A DNA stretch of 64,000 bases, taken from Octopus sinensis. Taxonomy: Eukaryota. The translations under genes and the position numbers were made by a program. The notes beneath the pieces are model-generated. The model saw only the letters and a program-made list of their open reading frames with translations. It was not told the origin of the DNA and did not search any database. This document shows, piece by piece, positions 54,977-64,000 of the stretch (position 1 is the stretch's first letter; every line of letters begins with the position of its first letter). The DNA lies in the NCBI RefSeq assembly GCF_006345805.1, contig NC_043001.1, forward strand, positions 131,440,001 to 131,504,000. The letters are read 5' to 3'.

Positions 54977-55622
54977 ATGTAGAAAAATATCTGATAAAAA
55001 TCAAATATAATCCATTCGATATCATATACCATATCCTCCATATACTATATTGATTAATCAGTTCCCCACCACTCAATGTATTATTCAAATAATAAATTTT
55101 AATTCATTTTATTTTATATGCTGCTTGATGGGTTGATCTGACTTAAGTTATAAATGGGTTGGGGTGGAACGAATCAATTGTTAAAGGCTGTGCTTAGCCC
55201 TTATTTTATTTATTTTTTATTTTCTTTCATTTTTGCTTAATTTTCATCATTCTTCTGTTTTTTTTGTTTTGTTCTTCATTTAAATATATAATTTATTAAT
55301 CGATTTTTGAATATGAGAAATTGTTACTTTTTAAATTGGTTAGCTTGTGATTGGGTTAGGCTCAATATATTAAAAAATACGATATATAAATATATATATA
55401 TATATACACATACTTACACACACACACACAGACACACACACACACACACACATAACGCATGCTTGTACATAAATATGCTAACACACCACAAACATACAGT
55501 CACACATATGTTTGTCTTTGAAAGATATTAGCAGGAAAAAGTTCCTTTATATTTCGCTTTCAATTCTTTGAATAAATAGATTTCTGACTGGCATATTAAT
55601 TTAAATTACTGCACGATGATGG

Positions 55623-55669
<47 letters not shown>

Positions 55670-55676
55670 GCTGCTG

Positions 55677-55732
<56 letters not shown>

Positions 55733-56451
55733 GTAATTACTGCTGTTGCTGTGCTGCTATGATGATTAGGAGGAAGAAGCCTCTGTTTCCAATTATTATG
55801 CTTATTAGTCAATCATTCTATCAATTAGTGAACATTTATTTATGAAGTTATTCATTTATATCATGCAAATGTGATAAATATACTCAGCTGCCAGAATATA
55901 CTTTCATCAGTCATATGGTCCAAAATGTGATTAATTTGACATGTATTTTTATTTTTCAACTGATGCCCAACTTAATGAAAGAAATGTAATATTTATCTTT
56001 TATACACAGTGCTCTTACCACTTGTTGAGGTACCATATCCTCTCCACATTGTGTCTGTTTTTAAGTAAAACTAGTTCAATTAGTTTTGATCATTACATAT
56101 TCATATTGAGAATAATTCTGAGTTACAAACTTATTAACCACATCATTTCTCTTTCTAAATACACCATTCTTTTGAATAGTGTATTCTCAAAGTATCTCCA
56201 GGTTTCCTATTTGTAGCTACTTGGTAAATAGCAAATATGTTTAATTGTAAAGAAATGCAATATGAAATGGTGATACTCAAGTAAATATTTTTTGTTAGAT
56301 ACATAATGATCGATGTGTTACTGTTATGTGATAGACTCATACATCTGTTGCTTCCTGATTTAATTTGACACATTCCAGCTTTATGTATTATATCTGAGCC
56401 CCAAGGTGGCAAGTTGACTGAATCACATCATGCAAAATTCTTAGTGGCATT

Positions 56452-56454
<3 letters not shown>

Positions 56455-56492
<38 letters not shown>

Positions 56493-56875
56493 TGTGTACA
56501 GTGCTCAGGTGCACTACAACTCATCTAAAGTGTATATATAATCAGGTGTAGTTTCGGCGGATTTCGGAAAGCATGAGGGCCTTAAAGGATGCAGTGTCAT
56601 GGCAGTCAACAACTGACGCAGGCAGTTTATTCTATGCTTCAGCAACTCTGAGCGTGAAAAAATGTTTCCGAAAGTCATGGGAGCTGTGTTGTTTTCTGAC
56701 TTTGTAGGCATGTCCACTTGTGTTAGACACATGGAGATCAAAAAGGTGTTCAGTGTTGTTGTTGGTGAGGTGGTTGATAACTTTGTGGGTGTTTACCAAG
56801 TCCGTTGCCAGACGTCGGAGCTTCAGTGAATCCATGCCCAGGGAAACAAGGCGCTCTTTGTCTGTCTTTATATTC
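56455..56875 (-). mobile_element. 5'-truncated CR1-type LINE (ORF2 C-terminus, 3' UTR, (TTA)n tail)
   Basis: RLVSLGMDSLKLRRLATDLVNTHKVI...HLF...TSGHAYKVRKQ...RKHFFTLRVAEA*NKLPASVVDC..SFK fits the CR1 C-terminal pattern (L..RRL..DL...YK, TRGH..K, FF..RV...WN.LP); one premature stop. Confidence 0.85.
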
Positions 56876-57010
56876 TGAGCACAAATTCTGCTGAGGTTGA
56901 TTTTTGCTTTTCATCCTTTTGGGGTTGATGAAATAAGTACAAATAGAACACTCGGATTGATGTAATCATCTAACCTCTCCCACAAAGGTTCAGATCTTGT
57001 GCCTATAGAA
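56876..57010 (+). mobile_element. MetaSINE-like fragment
   Basis: gaggttgatttttgcttttcatcctttttggggttgatgaaataagtac central domain. Confidence 0.6.
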
Positions 57011-58432
57011 AAAAAGGAGATATATTTGGTCACATCTCAGAATGATATAAAAAGCTACGTTAAGCCACAAGTCATGGTTATCAAGTGCTAGTCTGTCTTT
57101 GTTTTTATGCTAACTCATGTAATCGGTTGTTGACAATCCTACCACAATTAGGTTACATGTGATTAATCTGATGTATGTACAGTGTGTATTTTTATTTTCA
57201 TTTTCACACTCTGTTATATGTGTTTCCTGTCTATGTGTATTTTTGCACTATAGCCAGCAGTTCTCTCTGTCAAACACATCAAACAACTGAAAACGTATTT
57301 TTTTTGTTCATGAATTTGTCTCATTTATATCCAACATGTCATTGGTTGTCATGTGGAAAAGTCATATGCAATAGAAATGCCTTTAGATATATAACTACAT
57401 AGCAACAGAATATTGGTAGGTCTTCTAATTAATTAAGACAGTGGATATCTTGGATACTGACCACAAATGGAGAAAAAATTATTTCATTTTGTTTCTTTTA
57501 TAAACTTACTTTTTAATATTGTATGAAATATTTTTTCTTATAATGTAAGTAAATGAGAGGTGATGGGGGTATATATCAGATGTAACCTTATTTGTTCTAC
57601 ATATTTATATCTGTTTATTTATTGTTGTTGTTATCTATTTCAACTGATTGCTTTTGTTGTATTGTCCACTATATATCTGGATTTGCAAACAGATGAAGAG
57701 AAGCAATTAAACATATCTTTACATACATGTGTTTTTATTTTCAATCATTTCTACTTCCTTACTGTGTTAAAATTTTTTATAGTATCTAGTTTAATTTCAA
57801 TCATATACTAATTTCAAGCATTTGATTCAATACAAGTATTGATTCAATAAGAAATATAGAATTTTCTATTAACTGTATACAAATCTATTTTACAATTAGA
57901 TCCCTAGTTTTCCTAAATATAAGTATTTTAAAATTATTTCTCAATAAATAAAAACAAACAACAGAAAACAATTATTCTTATCATTTATGAAATATTAAGC
58001 AATTTTACGAAGTTATTTAAGAACTTTTTTTCTTATAATATTTTGACTCAACCTGGATTTGGAAAAATGAAAATATTAGAAACAGTAGAATAGCTGACTT
58101 GATTATCTTATTTTTCTGAGCCCACACTCTTCACAGTCAATTCAGATAAACTCACTATTGGTTTTATTACTTTGAGAATTCATAAAATATGGGGGATTCA
58201 TAAAATATGGGGAATTCATAAAATGGATACCAACATTATGATAAAATTAACTTCATTCTTCCCCGCATTATAAACAATTAAAATTATATAATTTTACTTG
58301 ATAAGAAATTCTTATAGAAACTGAAAACAGATTAAATGAGAACAACCTAACCAAATCTTAATTAATTACTCCAGATATTAGTGTTAATTTTTTTCAGAAC
58401 TGAATAAAAATTGGTATTAATTCCTTTATCAG

Positions 58433-58458
58433 GTATGGCTTTAAGAGAATTGAATAGG
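58433..58458 (+). CDS. Weak candidate micro-exon, (x)MALRELNR
   Basis: ttaattcctttatcag| and AGG|gtcagt; phase-1 entry is the only frame without an early stop; a stronger donor gtaagt at 58512 lies after an in-frame TGA. Confidence 0.3.
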
Positions 58459-58761
58459 GTCAGTCAGTCTGCATCATTCCAGTTGACTGTGTTTCATTTA
58501 CCCTGACATTTGTAAGTTTTTGCTTTTGGTCACTGCAACCATTAATTTCTGTGCTTGGACAAGTTTTCATAACTGACTATAAGTTACAAATTTCATTGAT
58601 GTGACTAGTGAGAATGGTGGCAATCTATAAAATTAGTTGTTAAAAAAATTAGTTGGCTTGAAAAAGAAAATGAATGTAAAACAAAACCAGGAACATGAAC
58701 AAAATTAAAGAAACCTACAAAAAAAAGTAAAAGTAAAAGTAAAAAAATTACAAAAAATGTT

Positions 58762-59171
58762 GGAGTGGCTGTGTGGTAAGTAGCTTGCTAACCAACCACA
58801 TGGTTCCGGGTTCAGTCCCACTGCGTGGCACCTTGGGCAAGTGTCTTCTGCTATAGCCCCGGGCCGACCAATGCCTTGTGAGTGGATTTGGTAGATGGAA
58901 ACTGAAAGAAGCCTGTCGTATATATGTATATATATATATGTGTATGTGTGTGTGTTTGTGTGTCTGTTTGTCCCCTAGCATTGCTTGACAACCGATGCTG
59001 GTGTGTTTATGTCCCCGTCACTTAGCGGTTTGGAAAAAGAAACCGATAGAATAAGTACTGGGCTTACAAAAAGAATAAGTCCCGGGGTCGATTTGCTCGA
59101 CTAAAAGGTGGTGCTCCAGCATGGCCGCAGTCAAATGACTGAAACAAGTAAAAGAGTAAAAGAGTTAAGAG
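58762..59171 (+). mobile_element. CORE-type SINE (OR2-like), near full length
   Basis: Near-identical to the reverse complement of 22989-23393. Confidence 0.9.
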
Positions 59172-61647
59172 ATGTAAAACTAAAGTCTACATTGGTAATT
59201 TTTGAACTGACAAATTTGAGATAAGCAAAAATTGTTAATTTCCAAACTACTTAAATAACTCTAAAACAAAGCTATTGAATATTTTGTTGAAAACATTAGC
59301 TACTCCTCAACCATTTAATTTTCATTAGAGAATACTAAGCTTTATAATTCAAGTAATTTGACAGTGACCATGTTTGTATTGTTAGAATGTATGTATTAAG
59401 ACATATAATTTTTTAGTATTTTTTTTCTTTATTTATACTTGCAATTCAAATAGCCCTTCAACTAAAACTATACAGTGTAGGTCTGAAATACTGTTTCTTG
59501 TACAACTATCTTAGCTAGAGAAAATTTCGCATTAATCATAATGTGATTGCTTAGAATGACAGAAAAACTTTTCAATTTACCACCTTCTTTGTAACCGAAA
59601 TGAAATGAAATAACCACATATACAGACTTCTGATAATTTTTCTCTGTTAATAGGAATGAGAAATCATTAGATATTACTGAATACTGCATCACCACCATTA
59701 CCACGTGTGTGCGTGTGTGTGTGCATGTGTGTGTGTGTGTGCATATACATTGATTAGATTTACATATGCATGCTCATATATAATTTATAATCACACCAGT
59801 CTTCAGTATACCACTTGCACTTGATTTCAGTCCTATTAAACATATTTAAAAATTAATTTCATGTAACAAGCAACTATTTTTAAGTCTGGAATTTTCTTTT
59901 CACCCTGAAGCTGTTTCTATTCCTAATTTAGATTTCAACTTTGTTTTTCATATTATGTAAGGATATTTTACAAATATTCATTTACACTCACATCAACACT
60001 CTCTCACACACACACACACATTCATATATGCATCCATAAACATTTAATAGAAAATTGAATGAGCTTAACTTTAGCAATGATTGTATAAATTGTTAATGTT
60101 CCTTAAATTATAAAAGTTTTTAAGTAATGTTTATTTTTTTGCTTTAGTTTAAAGCCCTATTCCGAGAAAAATAATGTAATTGATTCAGTTGAAATTTTTG
60201 AGAAAACTCTATCTTTATTTTCAAAGTCATTGTAATTTGTTCTAATTTTTTTATATTTTGGTAACTTTTACTTCTTTTTAGTATGTAGAAACTTTGCCAG
60301 CTCAGACTGGAACCTGGTGCAGCAGCTAGCTCTCCAGACCTCAGTCAAACCTTCTAACTCATGACAGCATGGAAAACAGACGTTAATTGATGATGATGAT
60401 GTGTGTGTGTGTGTGCATGTGTATATACTGCAATAGTTAGACTTAAAACATGTGTATATGTATATCTAATATATATACATACATACGTATGTGTGTGTGT
60501 TTATGTATATATCTGTACAGTACATTTATATACTTTACATATATGATTATATATGACATGTTATATCAATCAGAACCTGCTCTTTTGAATAATACTAAAT
60601 CATGTCAAATAGTTATTTAAATTTTTATATTTTCAATTGTAGAACTAAGAAAAATGAATTTATGAAATTATATATTACTAAGGTGTGTATGTTTTTAACA
60701 GAAGCAGCATTTTATATAATTTTCAATTATTTTATTAACTTTTACTTTGCCAAAGCTTTCATAATATCATTTAACTTATTTTCCACACCATATAAACTAA
60801 AGTATCTGTATTATAGAATTTGACATGACCAAAAATTTAAATTTAAACATTTTTATATAGATTCATATAATTTTAACTAGTCTTAATCATTATTTATTAA
60901 TTATTATTTCTAATGCAAGTTATTTAACCATTTTTCGAAGTATTATTACATATTAATGTTCTAATTGGCAAGCCAAATTAATTAAATCGCCTCCTTCCCC
61001 ACTATTCTCTGAACCCCTCTGACCACTTCTAACATTATTTTTCCTCTACTCCTTTGCAAAGCAGAATTGCATTTTTGAATCATTAGCATTTTGTTCGTTG
61101 GTTTATTTATTAATTTTTAAATTTGTTGAAAATTTCATAATTTTTAGAATTTAATTTCAATTTCACCTTCTTAAAAATTATTGTTGGCTTTATGATGAAA
61201 TTTTAATTTCAATTTTCCCTTGAACTGTTAATTTTATTTTTGTAATTTTATATTCATTTATTTATATATTTATGTATTTATATATACATATTTTTTTATC
61301 AAAAATTTTATTGATCTAAAACTGCCATAAACCTGTATCATCTAGATTTTATGTTTTATACTCCTCCAAAAGTGTCGCTAATAATAAAGTGAAAATAAAT
61401 TTTACTTCCTTCTTTTTAAAAGTCAAAAGTCTTTCACTTCCACTCTACAAACACAGTATTAACATACAACATACATAACATACAACATCAACATCAACAA
61501 TAACAACATTAGCAGCAGTGTCTACAGCACTTGGCCTCATCTGGCTTCTTTTCGTCATAGCTTTTCATCTAACCCATCCAACTTCCTTTGCCCACTGCTG
61601 CAGGTCAGATTAAAGTTGTGTTTTTTTTTTTAATCTCCCTCTACATT

Positions 61648-61704
<57 letters not shown>

Positions 61705-63342
61705 CCTCTTTCTTTCTCTTCCTATCTTTTGTTCTTTAAATAAATAACTAAAAGCATAAACTTAAAAAATAAAAAATATACCATAAATCATAGCAACAAT
61801 ACCAACTTAATAAAACATATAAAGTCATAAATAAATATACAAATAAATAAATAATCCCCCCAAAAAAAACAAATAAAATATCCACAGTAAAACAATCTAT
61901 TCTTCACACTTTCCTTGTCTGATGTTTGTATCTGACCATTCTCATTTAATTTTTTTTCATCTCCACTATTATACAATAGACATGCTATCCATTTAACCAC
62001 CATCATCACTGTCATTACTACTACTACTACTACTACTACTATACTACTACTACTACTACTACTACAGATGCTGCTGCTGCTACCATCATCATCATCATCA
62101 TCTATCTCAGTTTTTTAAAACCATGCTTCTGTCTCTGTATGTAATCTACCCTTACCCCTAACATCCTACCTTCAAATAAATAGTTATGCAAATTTTCTTA
62201 AGTTACCAAGTGACAGGATCTGTTCAAATAGTGAAAAAGCAAAACAAAAACACCAACAGAAAACAGCACAGCAATAATGACTACTACTAATACTACTACT
62301 ATTACCACCACCACCACCACCACCACCACCAATTCTTTTTCTTCTTTTTTCTCTTTCTCCTCTTCTTTTCTTTCCATAAAGCATCCATGACTCACTCATG
62401 TGCAGCTGAGAGAACAAGAGCAGTTGTATTTATTTATTGTCATATCATCATCAGAATCATCTTCCCTCTAAAAAGTTTACATCATCACAAGCACATCAGC
62501 ATCATCAATACTGTTATCAGCTTGTCAGTTTGAAATAAGCCTAACACGAGCCCCTCCCAAAAAAACATTGCGTGTATGTGTGCGCGCATGTGTGTGTGTG
62601 TGTGTGTTCATGTGTATGTGTGTGTATTTATGTCTGGGTCTTCTTTTATAAAAATCCTTTGTCCAACTTCATTTTATACATTTGCACACACACACACACT
62701 CGCATACATACTCAGACTCATATATACATTTTTCTGTAATGTTTATTATTTTTTTTCTATTTTTATTTATCTAATATAATTGCTTCTATAAAACATTTAG
62801 TCCCCTCCCACTTTTCGAACCCTCTTCCCCACACATCGTTTGTTATATTTCATCCCCACCACCACCACCACCACCACCAACATTTACTTGCTACTAAGCA
62901 ACAACAATAAGACCAAGCGAGCAAAATAGTAAATAAACAATTTTGCTCTGCAAAATAGTAAATAAACAATTTTGCTCTTTGGTTCACACTGTGTAACTTT
63001 GTGATTATTGAAGAAGAAAAAAAAAAACGTGTATATGCTATTCATCATTGCTTAGGTTCTTTATTGTTGTAATAGTTGTGAATTACAGTAATAGTACATC
63101 ATCATTGTAAAATGCCTCACAGCTATTGTCTAAACATCTACCAAAGTTAGTTTAAATCGTGATTGTAATCTAGTCAATAAAAAACAGCTATCAGTTATAT
63201 ATTGCAGATGATTTAATAGATTACTCCCTCTGTCCACCTTGTACTGTTGGACCTAGACTTGGTTAAAAAAATCCCCACTAATATTAATGATTTTAGTTCT
63301 TGGTTATATTTTCAATTGTTGTCTATTATCATTCTTCTTCTT

Positions 63343-63441
<99 letters not shown>

Positions 63442-63449
63442 CTCCTTAA

Positions 63450-63648
63450 CCCTTTTGTTACTGTATTTATTTTGAGATGCTCTGTGTTTCTTTCAATTAC
63501 TTTAAATATAACAGAGAATTTAGTAAAATAACTTAGTTATCATTCAGCTAGTGTTAGGAGCATTAATTATGACTAAGATTTGGTGAAAGATTTTAAATCA
63601 AAACTTATGTAAACAAGATATTTGTACTCAGAGCCAGAGCCGGTTTCA
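63450..63648 (-). mobile_element. piggyBac-type MITE family 1, truncated
   Basis: TTAA at 63446-63449 then CCCTTTTGTTAC; the other end is missing and is followed by a MetaSINE fragment (~63665-63775, minus strand). Confidence 0.8.
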
Positions 63649-63776
63649 GACAAAATGCCTAACAGAATTTCTTTGGGCTCTCTAAGTTCTGGGTTCAAAT
63701 AGTAGAGTACTGGGGTTGATATAATCAACTATATCCGTCTCCCAAATTTCGGGCCTTGTGCCTATAGTAGAAAAGC

Positions 63777-63831
<55 letters not shown>

Positions 63832-64000
63832 CATTATTATTATCATTATTACTATTATTATTATTATTATTATATCATCATCATCATCATAATGCAATAG
63901 CCTCATTTTTGTCTGCCAAACAATGATTGTTATTATTGTTTGCGTTGCTGTTGTTGCATTGTTTTATACAAGCTTATCTCTAGCTCACCCAGAGACCTCA

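Noticed and set aside
54368-55053. His/Thr/Tyr/Ile-rich ORFs of 170-209 aa, and the similar YI, CV, HT and poly-I ORFs throughout the track
   Set aside because: Microsatellite artefacts with no unique coding sequence.
62921-62978. 29-bp direct duplication; also 18-bp units at ~58178-58225 and 16-bp units at ~51418-51455
   Set aside because: Ordinary local slippage duplications with no further structure.

Overview
AT-rich, microsatellite-saturated eukaryotic DNA, most likely an octopus or other coleoid cephalopod. This is inferred from SINEs resembling the published octopus tRNA-derived OR1/OR2-type families (recalled, not database-checked). Most of the window looks intronic or intergenic. 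It holds several SINE families, two ~220-bp TTAA-flanked piggyBac-type MITE families, an internally deleted DD37D (maT-type) Tc1/mariner element, CR1 and RTE LINE 3' fragments, an R4/Dong-type REL-endonuclease LINE remnant inside (TAA)n, and a Penelope-like GIY-YIG endonuclease remnant. A few short segments have good splice signals and may be exons of a large + strand gene I cannot name. The most striking signal is a set of short (110-700 bp) elements inserted in or against (TA)n. Several are partly palindromic and carry type I hammerhead ribozyme cores of the Penelope/retrozyme kind. One palindrome (9020-9115) encodes a complete hammerhead on each strand. Almost all long ORFs in the supplied track are microsatellite translations. 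Coordinates were read by eye and may be off by a few bases.
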